NCBI GenBank assembly: GCA_951406725.2
Contig: OX597833.1
Coordinates: 55,242,001 to 55,306,000 of the forward strand
Length of the DNA stretch: 64,000 nt
Direction: 5' to 3'
Origin: Octopus vulgaris
Taxonomy: Eukaryota
The notes beneath the pieces were generated by a model. That model saw nothing but the letters and a program-made list of their open reading frames with translations. It had not been told where the DNA came from and made no database searches. Below are positions 24,209 through 36,530 of the stretch, one piece after another. Position numbers and translations under genes: made by a program. Each line of letters opens with the position of its first letter. Position 1 is the first letter of the stretch.

Positions 24209-24534
24209 AAGGCACATGGCTTAGTGGTTAGGGCATTTGGCTCACAACTGTAAGGTCGTGAGTTCGATTCCTGGCCACACGTTGTGTCCTTGACCAAGAC
24301 ACTTTATTGCACGTTGTTCCAGTCCACTTAACTGGCAAAAATGACTTGTACCTGTATTTCAAAGGGCCGGCCTTGTCACACTCTGTGTCACACTGAATCT
24401 CCCTGAGAACTACGTTAAGGTTACGCGTGTCTGTGGAGTACTCAGCCACTTGCACGTTAATTTCACGAGCAGGCTGTTCCGTTGATCGTATCAGCTGGGA
24501 CCCTCGTCGTCGTAACTGACGGAGTGCTTCCATC
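24209..24534 (+). mobile_element. SINE family C' (Nin/Deu-like central domain, distinct tail)
   Basis: A box TGGCTTAGTGG, B box GTTCGATTCC, GTTGTGTCCTTGACCAAGACACTT...CCAGTCCAC; TSD ctataatgtg at 24199-24208 and 24535-24544. Confidence 0.85.
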
Positions 24535-24839
24535 CTATAATGTGTAGGATGAATCAAGTTTATCAGCTGAGTCCATTTTGAGGATCATCCTACTAGCTTT
24601 GTTTGTCTGGAAGGGGCAAGCAGTTGATATTTGTCTGGTGACCTTGGCATATGGAGTTGTGTGGTAGATGAAGTTGTGTGGCATATGAATTTATGAGACA
24701 GAAAGGGGCTGAAGACAGACACTTTCTGTTTTAGAAAATGAGGATGGAAAGGGAGTACTTCTCTCTAGCAAAATTGTTTACTGGTAGATGAGAGTGACAA
24801 GCATGGTCTAAGTGAAAGGGCCTACTCTGAGCCTGTGTC

Positions 24840-25152
24840 TGTAGATCAGAGAAGGGCAGGTTGGAGAGGGCACTTGCCCCGGTGGTCAGGGTTGCTGTGG
24901 TTTTCATTGGATTTCTAGGAGTAGCCTTTAGAGGTCACCCCACTTTAGGGGGAAATTTTCTTTGTTCAAATTATTTGTTCTTTTGTTTTTGTACCTGTAG
25001 ATTGGAGAAGGGCAGGTTGGAGAGGGCACTTGTCCCGGTGGTCAGGGTTGCTGTGGTTTTCATTGGATTTCTAGGAGTAGCCTTTGGAGGTCACCCCACT
25101 TGGGGGGGGGGGGATTTTCTTTGTTCAAATTATTTGTTCTTTTGTTTTTGTC
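24840..25152. repeat. Tandem duplication of ~157 bp
   Basis: GAGAAGGGCAGGTTGGAGAGGGCACTTG...TTGTTCAAATTATTTGTTCTTTTGTTTTTGT occurs twice head to tail. Confidence 0.9.
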
Positions 25153-25305
25153 ATTTCTTTTGTTTACTTTTTTTGTTTTGTTATCACACAGTGCATTGTC
25201 CTGTATTGTCTGCAAGCTTTTCATGAACTCTTGTGGCAAATAAAGAAAGCATTATTATTGTTATTATTATTATCATTATTATTATTATCATTATTATTAT
25301 TGTTG

Positions 25306-25346
<41 letters not shown>

Positions 25347-25786
25347 TGAGTGATAAGTGTTGTTTTTGTTGTTGTTATTTTTGTTTCTGTTTGGGTTTCT
25401 GTTTTTTATTTTTGTTCAAAAAAGAAAAAAAAACCCCATACAATTAATTTTTATAACTTTAGCAGCTTTACAGTTTTCTGTACTTGACTCTGTGTGTGTG
25501 TGTGATGGGGGTAAAGAGAAAAAAATGAAAGTAATTTTGTGATGTAAACTTGTCAATGGTGTATTGTCAGCATGGCAGGCAAAATGCTTGGTGGCATGTC
25601 ATCCTTCTTTACATTCTGGGTTCAAATTCTGCTGAGGTCACCTTTGCCATTCATCCTTCCAGAGTTGATAGATTAAGTACCAGTTGAGTAATGGGGTCAA
25701 TGTAACTGATTCCTCTGGCCCCTAGAAATTGCTGGCTTTGTGCTAGAATTTGAAGCCCCTATTTTCTTGTCAACAAAATTTAAGAT

Positions 25787-26049
25787 ACAGTTCTATATTT
25801 AAGAGATGAGGAATTATGTGCATTATTTACATTATTTACATTAAACAGATATTTGTCCTCATCTTGTTTGTTGTTAATACAACGTTTCGGCTGATATACC
25901 CTCCAGCTTTCTGGAGAAAAATACCTTAGGAATGAGAACCCAGGTTCAAAATTTCCCCATGACATCTGAAGAAGGCGGGAGGGTATATCAGCTGAAATGT
26001 TGTGTTAACAACAAAGATGAGGACAAATATCTGTCAAATGTAAATAATG
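25787..26049. mobile_element. Second tail-out inverted dimer of the hammerhead-bearing family (head absent)
   Basis: Minus tail 25787-25910, plus tail ~25916-26049; 13-bp TSD caaaatttaagat at 25774-25786 and 26050-26062. Confidence 0.85.
25961..26006 (+). ncRNA. Minimal type I hammerhead motif (core intact, stems partly decayed)
   Basis: GACAT-CTGAAGA-A-GGCGG-gagggtatat-CAGCT-GAAA-TGT-T-GTGTT; the opposite arm preserves CAGCCGAAACGTTG. Confidence 0.7.
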
Positions 26050-26491
26050 CAAAATTTAAGATGTTTGGATTTTTGTCATTGTTGCTGGATGGAGAATTGG
26101 AAGATTCGTTTGGAACATTGAAAAACAAAAACAAAAAAAAAAAATGCCTTTTGGTTGTTTCTACTGACTCATTGCAATTCTGACTTCAAATCCCACCAAA
26201 TTCAACTTTGCAGGTGATGGATTGGCAGAATGATTAGAACGTTAGAAGAAATGCTTTGTAGTATTTCTTGTGGCTCTTTGTGTTCTGAGTTCAAATCCTG
26301 TTGCAAGATGGGAGCTGGATTGAAGCCCATCGTGTGTATATATGTATGTATGTATGTATATATACACTTTAACTGTATTGAATTTTAGTGCTTACTTATC
26401 AACAGTTTTTTCTTCTCATGAACTTTTACGAGGCAGGCTATCACTTCAACCCTGATTAGTAGCAGAAGTCTCTAACGAGAAACAAGATCAT

Positions 26492-26951
<460 letters not shown>

Positions 26952-27497
26952 TATATAACTTGTAGATTGGAATAAAATATTAAACACTGGGTTTGATGGA
27001 TGAAAATTTTGGTCCACCCTTCATTCTTTCCATTCATGTTTTGAAGTTTACTGTTTGAAATTGAGATGATTTTTACAAAAATCGGAATGAGTGAAGTGGG
27101 AAATGAAACATTTCAAATTAATCATGTTTCAAAGATTTTTTTTTTTTTTTTTTATAAACCACTATTGAACTTCAAACAATTTTTGAACCTCCGCTCTGTT
27201 TCCAACAAAAAATTTTTAATCTCCATAAAAATATTTTTCACTTTCATCCAGTCACTTATTTATTTTAAACTTTCATTTGGGTTTTAATTTCAGACCCTGT
27301 AACCTCATTATCCATTATTTGGAATTAAAGCAGTTTTAGCATTTAATATTTCGAAGCAAAAAATGAAAAATAAAGAAATATTTAGGTGGAGAGAAGTTCA
27401 AAATTAAAGTCATCTGTTTTTCATCCTTGTTTAATGGTTATTTTCACATGTTTGCATGGGTTGGACATAGTTTGTTGAGGGAGATTTTTTATGGCCA

Positions 27498-27915
27498 GAT
27501 CGTTACCAGCGTCGCCCCACTGGCACTTGTGCCTGTGCTAGTAGGATGCCAAGAACACCATCCGAGCGTGATCGTTGCCAGAGCGGCTAACTGGCTTCTA
27601 TGCCGGTGGCACATAAAAGGCACCATTCGAGCGTGGTCGTTACCAGCGTCGCCTTACTGGGACCTGTGCCGTTGGCATGTGTAAAAAAGATTCGAGCAAG
27701 GTCATTGCCAGTACCATTTGACTGGCCTTGTGCTGGTGGCACGTTAAAAGCACCCACTTCACTCTCAGAGTGGTTGGCATGAGGAAGGGCATCAAGCTGT
27801 AGAAACTCTGCCAGATCAAGATTTGAGCCTGGTGCAGCCATCTGGTTCACCAGCCCTCAGTCAAAATCGTCCAACCCATGCTAGCATGGAAAGCGGACGT
27901 TAAATGATGATGATG
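27498..27915 (+). mobile_element. Family E, second subfamily
   Basis: Diverged GTGCCGGTGGCAC units and (GAT)n tail; appears nested in an older related copy. Confidence 0.85.
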
Positions 27916-28719
27916 CTCTTCTTGTCACCAACCCTTGCCTGTTTCCAAGCAAGGTAATATTTTCCCATAGAAAGACTTGTTCTCCGAAGTCTGATAATCA
28001 ACAACCTCATTTGTATAATCGTGGCACTCATTCACAAGATGCCAAGGCAAGGTTATACACAAATGCATACACGTGTGCATGCACACACACAGGATGGACT
28101 TCCTTCAATTTCCGTGTTTTAAATCTATTAACAATGCTTAAGTTTGTCTGAGGCTATGGTAGAAGACACTTGCCCAAGGTGCCCTGCTGTAGGATTGAAC
28201 CCAATACCATATAGTTGGGAAGCATGCTTCTCAACGACAAGTCCCCATCTGTGCCTGTATGTAATTAATTTCTTCTCCAATTCTTTCTGGGACAAATTTA
28301 GTCAAGTCCTGAGTTAAGGGAAAACAACTAAGAGCTGAAAAAGGAGAATGTAATTAGCAAACCTAGCCAACCCATAAAAAAAAAGGATGAGGTGGGAAAC
28401 ATTAAATTGGTAACAATGATAGGGGTGGTTGGTGATGGTTCAAATGACATCGTTAATAAAATAATTAGGGTAAAGAAATAATATTAATGTAGTCTGATAA
28501 CTGCAAGCACTCAGGTGCTCAATTATTTACTCTATTAAAAAATCATGGAGATATATGTTTTAATATTGTTTCTTCATTTTTGATGGGAGGGGGTCTCTTT
28601 TTTTTTTGTTTTATTTAATAGAGATATAGTTATATTAGTACAGCTATGGAAATGCTTGAACCAAATTTTATTGTATCCTTCAGAAGTTGACAATTTACAT
28701 TTACTCTAGGCTCTGGCTT

Positions 28720-28981
28720 GTGGAGGTGCGTGGCTTGGTGGTTAGGGTGTCAGCATCATGATTGTAAGATTGCGGTTTCGATTCCTGGACCGGGTGACGC
28801 GTTGTGTTCTTGAGCAAAACACTTCATTTCACATTGCTCCAGTCCACCCAGCTGGCAAAAATGAGTAACGCTGCAATGGACTGGCGTCCCGTCCAGCTGG
28901 GGAACACATACACTATGGAAACTGGGCCCATGAGCTTGGTTAGGCTTTAAAAGGGCGCATTTATTTTATTTATTTTTTTTT
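28720..28981 (+). mobile_element. SINE family C
   Basis: tRNA-like head, GTTGTGTTCTTGAGCAAAACACTT core, GCTGCAATGGACTGGCGTCCCGTCCAG tail; 15-bp TSD tctaggc(t/c)ctggctt at 28705-28719 and 28982-28996. Confidence 0.9.
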
Positions 28982-29283
28982 TCTAGGCCCTGGCTTAATT
29001 AATCATTGGCATAAATGTGGGAAAAATTTAATAAAAATATGTTGTGTTCTTGAGCAAAACACTTCATTTCACGTTGCTGCAGTCCACCCAGCTGGCAAAA
29101 ATGAGTAACGCTGCAATAGACTGGCGTCCCGTCCAGCTGGGGAATACATACGCCATTGAAACCGGGCCCATGAGCCTGGCTAGGCTTTAATAGGGCGCAT
29201 TTATTTTATTTTATTTTTTTTCTAGGCCCTGGCTTAATTAATCATTGGTATAAATGTGGAAAAATTTAATAAAAAAATATGTT
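28801..29283. repeat. 240-bp tandem duplication covering the SINE C 3' part plus unique flank
   Basis: 28801-29040 repeated at 29041-29283. Confidence 0.9.
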
Positions 29284-29499
29284 ATATAGGAAGGGAAGAA
29301 ATGTAAATAATAATAATAATAATAATAATAATAGTTACAAGAAGGGTAAAAGATTGTTTTAACTGGTCTGTCACATGTATTGAGAAGAGCATTTTCAATG
29401 TAGGAGTGATTACTGCCCATGTATTTTATTTTGTTTTTTGTTTTTTTTTTACATAACTTCATTTCACTTTGAAAATGAACAATCTGGTGTATTTAGCTT

Positions 29500-29610
29500 A
29501 ACGGCCTATCAATGAATGCAGTGAAGTTCTTTGCCCTAGGTGTTGGGAAAGCACTCGGCAAGAAATGGAAACAAAACTGAAAGGAGAAAAACTAATAATA
29601 ATAATAACAA
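29500..29610 (+). mobile_element. R4/Dong-like LINE 3' UTR remnant
   Basis: TTCTTTGCCCTAGG...CACTCGGCAAGAAAT...(AAT)n matches the reverse complement of ~53076-53150. Confidence 0.7.
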
Positions 29611-29712
29611 CAACAAAAATAATGATAATAGTAATAATAATAATGATAAACAAAAATGCCCAACAAAACATAATTATAAGTAGGGTCTTTTTTTTGTATT
29701 TTTTCTTTCCAG

Positions 29713-29903
29713 CTTTCATAAAGTGACTTACATGATTGGTAGAAACCCAAACCAGGTGGATTACGTCATAGATTCAAGTAACTTCATCCAGAGCAGTTAC
29801 ATCTCTCGAAATCATGCCAGGGTTGTCCGTCAGCCTGGGAACATCCATCGATTATATGATGACAGCTTGAATGGTGTCTTTGTGAATAATCAGAAGATCT
29901 CAG
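29713..29903 (+). CDS. Internal coding exon, forkhead-associated (FHA) domain (RNF8/TCF19/CHFR-type; orthology not determined)
   Basis: FHKVTYMIGRNPNQVDYVIDSSNFIQSSYISRNHARVVRQPGNIHRLYDDSLNGVFVNNQKIS carries the FHA motifs GR, SRxH and D.SxNG.FVN; acceptor ttttctttccAG (29711-29712), donor CAG|GTAACC (29904). Confidence 0.92.
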
Positions 29904-30070
29904 GTAACCAATTGCCCCTTATTAGCCTATCTTTACCATAAAATATCACACCAAAAATTCTTCGCACTCTGTACTTCTGATATGTCCCTTCTCTTACTTA
30001 GAAAAGCACAGTTTTGATTTTTGACGCTCCCACATAATTCTCTAAAATTTCCCCTTCTTTTTAGAATTAC

Positions 30071-30490
30071 ATATCTTTCAAAACATTTCTTCAGCACTTT
30101 TTGGTCATTTGGGCACTTCTCACAAAGCCTGACTTCTTAGATATTTCTGTCTTTTTTAACCCTTTTTTTTTTTTTTTTTTTTTGTGGGATGGTCGGGATG
30201 ACCAATAAGTTTTTGAGATATCTTTCAAAACATTTCTTCAGCACTATTCGGTCATTTGGGCACATCTCACAAAGCCTGACTTAGATATCTCTGTCTTTTC
30301 TTTAAGCCTTTTTTTTCTTCTTGTGGGGTGGCCAGGATGACCTATGTTTTGGAGATATCTTTCAAAACATTTCTTCAGTATTATTTGGTCATTTGGGCAC
30401 ATCTACAAAGCCTGACTTCTTAGATATTTCTGTCTTTTTTTAGGCCTTTTTTTTTGCAGGGTGGGCAGGATGACCGCTATGTTTTGGAAA
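30071..30490. repeat. Three tandem ~140-bp units just downstream of the FHA exon
   Basis: ATATCTTTCAAAACATTTCTTCAG...CAAAGCCTGACTT...GGATGACC starts at ~30071, 30218 and 30355. Confidence 0.9.
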
Positions 30491-31020
30491 AGTGTGTTAA
30501 TTTATCATTTGGCAAAACTGAAATAAATAAACACATATACTTTTGCTGTCACATTTTTTTTTTCTTTTAACATTGCAACTTTATTTGGCCATAAGCTATG
30601 TGTTAAAACAAACAATTTATATCCTTCCATATAAACGCTTGATACATTTTTCTGCATAATTTACTTCATAGATGTCGTCTCCAACTCATTAAACAATTGC
30701 TTAATAAGTAAGAAAATTCTTGGTCAATAATGTTCGCAGCGTTTGTTTGATCTGTCAGTAGTGGACTAATTGATTTCCATTAACCTACTAATGATGCTTA
30801 TCTTTACACACTATTCAAGATTAAGTTGACGTATCTTAATGTTTTTAGGTGTGGCCATATTAATTCAGTTTCTCACACACACACACATGCACACACACAC
30901 ACACACATTTCAAGATCCTTTTCTGTGTTGTAAGTAATGATTGCTTTACGAAAAGCCACTTCCATTTTTTTCCTGCTTTATGTAATTAGAGCCTTAATGG
31001 GTCAATTTTTGAAAAGATAC

Positions 31021-31056
<36 letters not shown>

Positions 31057-31201
31057 CGCGCATGCATGCATGTGTATAAGCAGGCAAACAACATAAATCC
31101 AGTATTCGCTGTTGTTGTCATTGTTTCCCTGCTGTCTCTCTGCCCCTTGCTATATTTGCTTTGGCAGTTTGAGCTAGACTTGCTCAGCAGGTCATATCTG
31201 C

Positions 31202-31240
<39 letters not shown>

Positions 31241-31243
<3 letters not shown>

Positions 31244-31620
31244 TCATCATCATCATTTAGCGTCCGCTTTCCATGCTAGCATGGGTTGGACGGTTCAACT
31301 GGGGTCTGTGAAGCCAGAAGGCTGCATCAGGCCCAGTCTGATCTGGCAGTGTTTCTACGGCTGGATGACCTTCCTAACGCCAACCACTCCGTGAGTGTAG
31401 TGGGTGCTTTTTACGTGCCACCCACACAGGTGCCAGACGGAGCTGGCAAACGGCCACGGACGGATGGTGCTTTTTACGTGCCACCGGCACGGGGGCCAGG
31501 CGAGGCTGGCAACGGCCACAAACGGATGGTGCTTTTATGTGCCACTGGCACGGGGTCCAGGCAAGGCTGGCAATGGCCACGAATGGATGGTGCTACGTGC
31601 CACCAGCATGGGGGCCAGGT
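31241..31620 (-). mobile_element. Family E
   Basis: (CAT)n start on + strand, four internal units. Confidence 0.9.
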
Positions 31621-31632
31621 GTATATATATAT

Positions 31633-31677
<45 letters not shown>

Positions 31678-31701
31678 TATATATGTATACATATGTATAT
31701 A

Positions 31702-31746
<45 letters not shown>

Positions 31747-31994
31747 ATACTTACATACATGCATACATATATGTATGCATGTATGTATGTATTTACATAC
31801 ATACATACACACACATGCATGCCACACTTCTTTCATACACCCACTCAGTTTTGCTGTGTGTGTATATATATGTGTGCGTCGTATCTCAATCTGTATTTCT
31901 CATTATATTTGTTGTACAGTTAATTGATGTCTCCAGATATTTTAGCGATATTAGATGAGAAACCATCAATATCTACGTCGGAGAGTGAATATAT

Positions 31995-32046
<52 letters not shown>

Positions 32047-32432
32047 TGTATGTGTATGTGTATTGTGTGTGCAAATACTCGCGTACACACACATGTATAA
32101 ACGTCTGTATTTAATATCAATTTATAATATTCAAACATAGATAAATGAGCATAGTTGTTTATTACATTTGTTTCTCTTTTCTTGTTAACATGGGTTTAAA
32201 AAACAAAAAGAAAAAAATCTATCAGTGGGCTGATAATTTTTCTCTAACTGTTTATCATTCATGGCTGGACTAATAACTGGATTTCCTTCTTGTTCAGATT
32301 TAAAAAAAAAAACAAGTGAAGATATGATCTCTTGCCTATAGCTTACCAAACAATAGTGCTTCATGGATTGAATCCATTTGTGGTTTGTCCTTGCTCATCA
32401 TTCAAAAAACACAAAAGTTCAAGAAACATGTA

Positions 32433-32597
32433 GGCATGGGAGTGGCTGTGTTGTAAGTAGCTTGCTTACCAACCTAATGGTCCCGGGTTCAGTCCCACTG
32501 CGTGGCACCTTGGGCAAGTGTCTTCTGCTATAGCCTCGGGCCAACCAAAGCCTTGTGAGTGGATTTGGTAGACGGAAACTGAAGGAAGCCCATCGTA

Positions 32598-32640
<43 letters not shown>

Positions 32641-32821
32641 CTGCGTTTGTCCTCCCAACATCGCTTGACAACCGATGGTGGTGTGTTTGCGTCAAAAGAG
32701 ACCGATAGAATAAGTACTAGGCTTCCAAAGAATAAGTCCTGGGGTCGATTTGCTCGACTACAGGCAGTGCTCCAGCATGGCCACAGTCAAATGACTGAAA
32801 CAAGTAAAGAGAGTAAAGAGT
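32433..32821 (+). mobile_element. SINE family B
   Basis: Family B head to tail; shares a small internal deletion region with 5235-5616. Confidence 0.9.
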
Positions 32822-33670
32822 GTGTACGAGTGTGTTTCCTTGTTTGTTGTTGCTGGTTTTAATACTTTCAAACTTCATGAAGTAAATGGTCAGATTCTTT
32901 TCTGTGTTCTCCGCTCTGTTAGCCATCAAATTCTTAACTGTCACGTAGTTAAAAGAGGTTTGGCAGGCAGAAGTGTAAAAGAAGCAAGGGCTTTACCTCC
33001 ATAACATTTGCTTCCAAAGAAGTTGCTATTCCTCTCTCTTTCAATCACCACTGCCATCCCTGTATTTCCCCAGTGGCCATTGTGATTACTTAGAGTAAGC
33101 GGTTGTTACGTGTAAGGATTTTTCTCACTGGGAACTGGGTTAAAATGAAAAGAAAAAAAAATCTATAACTGGATAGTGGTAACCTTAACTATAACAGTAC
33201 CTTACCTTGTGTATGTACGAGAGAGGGAGAGAATAAAGAGATGAAATACAATATCTGTTAGAATGATGTGTCATGTCAGAGGGACAGGTGAATACACTGA
33301 AGGGAAGAGATGAAGGATGACACTTTGATTTCAATAAACTTTTGATTGAATAGCAGTGCACGGTTGGTATGCAAAGGAATTTTAGCGAGGATGATTGCTT
33401 CCCGCTTGCACATGTCAAATCCAGCAGTGTTGCGTTTCTCACAAGAACTAGCAGTGGAGTGTTGAACTACTGTATTTATCAAATACAGTGGATGCTGCTT
33501 ATTGCAGTCACTTTGGTATTGGAGCCTTTTAAACCTTTTGTTACTTTGTTCCTTTCTAAACAACATTGTTTAGGTTTCAGTTTATTTTTGAAAATAAATA
33601 ATTTGGAAAAAACAAAAAAAAAAAAAAAGGCTAGCTCTGTAGTACAAATGTCTTTTTTCATAAGTTTTGA

Positions 33671-33818
33671 CGTTCTGAGTTCAAATTCCGCCAAGGTCGA
33701 CTTTGCCTTTCATCCTTTCGGGGTCGATAAATTAAGTATCAGTTGCGTACTGGGGTTGATCTAATCAACTGCTCTCCACTTCCCCAAAATTTCGGGCCTT
33801 GCGCCTAGAGCAGAAAAG
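33671..33818 (+). mobile_element. 5'-truncated SINE A variant inserted into a piggyBac-type MITE remnant (~33630-33987)
   Basis: 16-bp TSD ttttcataagttttga at 33655-33670 and 33819-33834; flanks match 36282-36502. Confidence 0.88.
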
Positions 33819-34386
33819 TTTTCATAAGTTTTGAATTAAACCCTTCCACCAAACCTCAGTCATAATTTATATTCCTAACACTACTTGAATGATAACAAAG
33901 TTATTTTACTAAATTCTTTGTTATATTTTGAATTAATTGAAAGAAAAGTACAGCATCTCAAAATATATGTGTTAATGAAATGGTTAAGCTGATGTTTCAA
34001 ATTAATTAACACTAAGTTTTAATGGAAGGTTTTACTTTTGATCACAGAAGTTTAAACCATAGAACTGAGGTTGATCTTAAGCAGGTTGTATTAAATGATA
34101 ATAACACTAAGCAAGGGGATATAGCAGTATCTTGACCTTACTTCAGATTCATTAATTTTGATAAGCAATAACTGATTGATTACATTAGCTGTGATTATAA
34201 TAAGCAGTTTCCACTGTAGTTAAGTGGGTGCTAAGTGCAGTGAGCCAATGGATTTTATTTACTTACTCAAAATTATGTCTGTGAAGGGTAGGAAAAATAT
34301 CAACTCTAACCAAGAGAGGTAGTAGTATGGAATAATTAATTAAATATAGAATGCAGTAGGCAGTGCGCCTGACTTTTGATAAGTAC

Positions 34387-34672
34387 ATGACAACTCCAGA
34401 TATGTTCCTGTATTATTACACCTCACCAGCGAAGTAGAGTTAAACTGCTTAGTACAGTGTGTGTCATGGGCAGTAGGTATATATGACAACTCTAGATATG
34501 TTTCTGTATTATTACACCTCATCAGCGAAGTAGAGTTGAACTGCTTAGTACAGTGTTTGTAATGGGCAGTAGGTATATATGACAACTCTAGATATGTTTC
34601 TGTATTATTACACCTCACCAGCGAAGTAGAGTTGAACTGCTTAGTACAGTGTGTGTCATGGGCAGTAGGTAT
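34387..34672. repeat. 96-bp tandem repeat, three copies
   Basis: GCAGTAGGTA recurs at 34470, 34566 and 34662. Confidence 0.95.
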
Positions 34673-35281
34673 GTTAAGGTCAAAGTCACAGGAAAGACAA
34701 ATTGCCATGTTTTTTTGAAATTAAGATGGTTTTCAGTTTGGCTGACACCAATGTTTTCTCATGCATAAAGGAAGAGTTCAAAAGACATTACTAATATTTT
34801 ATGGTGGCATGGTATTTACCCATTTCAGACCTACTTAATTAGTATTTGCTTCATAAGAGAGTTGACCCAGAGGCATTTAACAATTTCTTTGGTATAAATT
34901 TCTAACATAGTTCTTCAAAGAAATTCCTAATACAATGTTTGTGGAATCAACTGAAATTCATTCCAGTCTACTACAAAGCAGCAATATGAACAAAGTTTAA
35001 ATCTCCCACCTAAATTCTTATCTCTGTCTTAATCCTTTCTAATCTATTTACGCCATGTAGTCTTCTTAAAACTGTTTGCCTACGAAACTTTACTCAAATT
35101 TTTCATACACGAAACCTTATGTCTTTGGTGATTTGTAAAATCACATTATTCTAGTCTGACACAAACAGTAAGGTCACACGTTCAAAGATTTCAATAAATC
35201 AGAGTTTTTATGCTTTCTGTAAACCCACTTTCCAGTTGCTTCAATAAAATAACAAGGAAAATAAAATAATTAAAAAATGAT

Positions 35282-35682
35282 AAGACGGCGAGCTGGCAGA
35301 AGCATTAGCACGCCGGACGAAATGCTTAGCGGTATTTCGTCTGCTGTTATGTTCTGAGTTCTAATTCCACCTAGGTCGACTTTGCTTTTCATCCTTTCGG
35401 GGTCGATAAATTAAGTACCAGTTACGCACTGGTGTTGATGTTATCGATTTAATACCTATGTCTGTCCTTGTTTGTCCCCTCTGTGTTTAGCTCCTTGTGG
35501 GTAGTAAAGAAATAGGTATTTCGTCTGCCGTTACATTCTGAGTTCAAATTCCGCCGAGGTTGACTTTGCCTTTCATCCTTAAGTTCCAGTTACGCACTGG
35601 GGTCAATGTAATCGACTTAATCCGTTTGTCTGTCCTTATCTGTCCCCTCTATGTTTAGTCCCTTGTGGGCAATGAAGAAATA
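35282..35682 (+). mobile_element. SINE family A dimer
   Basis: Full copy, then restart at GAAATAGGTATTTCGTCTGCCG (~35516). Confidence 0.9.
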
Positions 35683-35739
35683 TGAACTAGCATACTTTGA
35701 TAATAATGCACCGGACCCATTCCTCGTGGCAATGATGAA

Positions 35740-36061
35740 AACAATAGTGATGATGGATAGATAATGTGGACAATCAGGATGACAGCAGTGATGAAGATAA
35801 TTATAAGTTTAACAGTAATAGTGATGATGAAGTAGATAATAAAGATAATGATGATGGCAATAAGAATTTTATGATGATGATAACAAGGGTGATGACCAAG
35901 CAGGTGATGAAGACAATGATACTGATGACGATGGAGATTGATGATAATGATAATAATTTGATGATATTCATAACAGTGGTGATGACAATGATGACGATGA
36001 TGATGACGATGATGATGATGATGATGATGATCACCATCACCATCATCATCATCATCATCAT
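35740..36061. repeat. Degenerate (GAT)n/(CAT)n low-complexity tract
   Basis: Trinucleotide-periodic sequence grading into pure GAT then CAT runs. Confidence 0.9.
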
Positions 36062-36081
36062 AAGTTCTTTCTTACTATTAA

Positions 36082-36530
36082 TCCTTTGGTGTTTAAGCCG
36101 GCCATATCCGGCCCAAATATCCTACATGTTTTTTTACATTCAAACTGGCCCTATTTAGCCTCTCACACCTGACCTACATTGACATTCTAAGAATAAACTA
36201 TCACACCATTGAAACTTCAGAGCTGTAAGATAATGTATGATTAATTCAAAACGATTTGAGTGAAAAAAGTATTACATTTAACCCTTTCATTACCAACCCG
36301 GCTGAAACCAGCTCTGGCTCTGAGTACAAATGTCTTTTTTTCAAAAGTTTTGAATTAAAAATCTTCCACCAAACCTTAGTCACAATTTATGTTCCTAACA
36401 CTAGCTTAATGATAACTAAGTTATTTTACTAAATTCTTTGTTATATTTAAGGTAATTGAAAGAAACACAGAGCATCTCAAAATAAATACAGTAACGAAAG
36501 GGTTAACAGAGTAATCTGAACACTAAAGGG
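36082..36530. mobile_element. piggyBac-type MITE (outer) containing a second MITE
   Basis: TTAA-TCCTTTGGTGTT ... AACACTAAAGGG-TTAA; related decayed pieces at ~10050-10190 and 11230-11470. Confidence 0.75.
36282..36502. mobile_element. piggyBac-type MITE (inner)
   Basis: TTAA-CCCTTTCATTAC ... GTAACGAAAGGG-TTAA; further decayed copies at ~33630-33987 and ~44885-45110. Confidence 0.88.

Noticed and set aside
30215-30380. Minus-strand CTGAAGA-aatgtttt-GAAA-GATATC-TC in the 140-bp tandem repeat
   Set aside because: Stem II is only two A-U pairs, stem I cannot form, and the palindrome arises at the unit junction; likely chance
35766-36158. Acidic D/N-rich ORF as a coding exon
   Set aside because: Degenerate (GAT)n tract grading into pure microsatellite; no convincing splice sites
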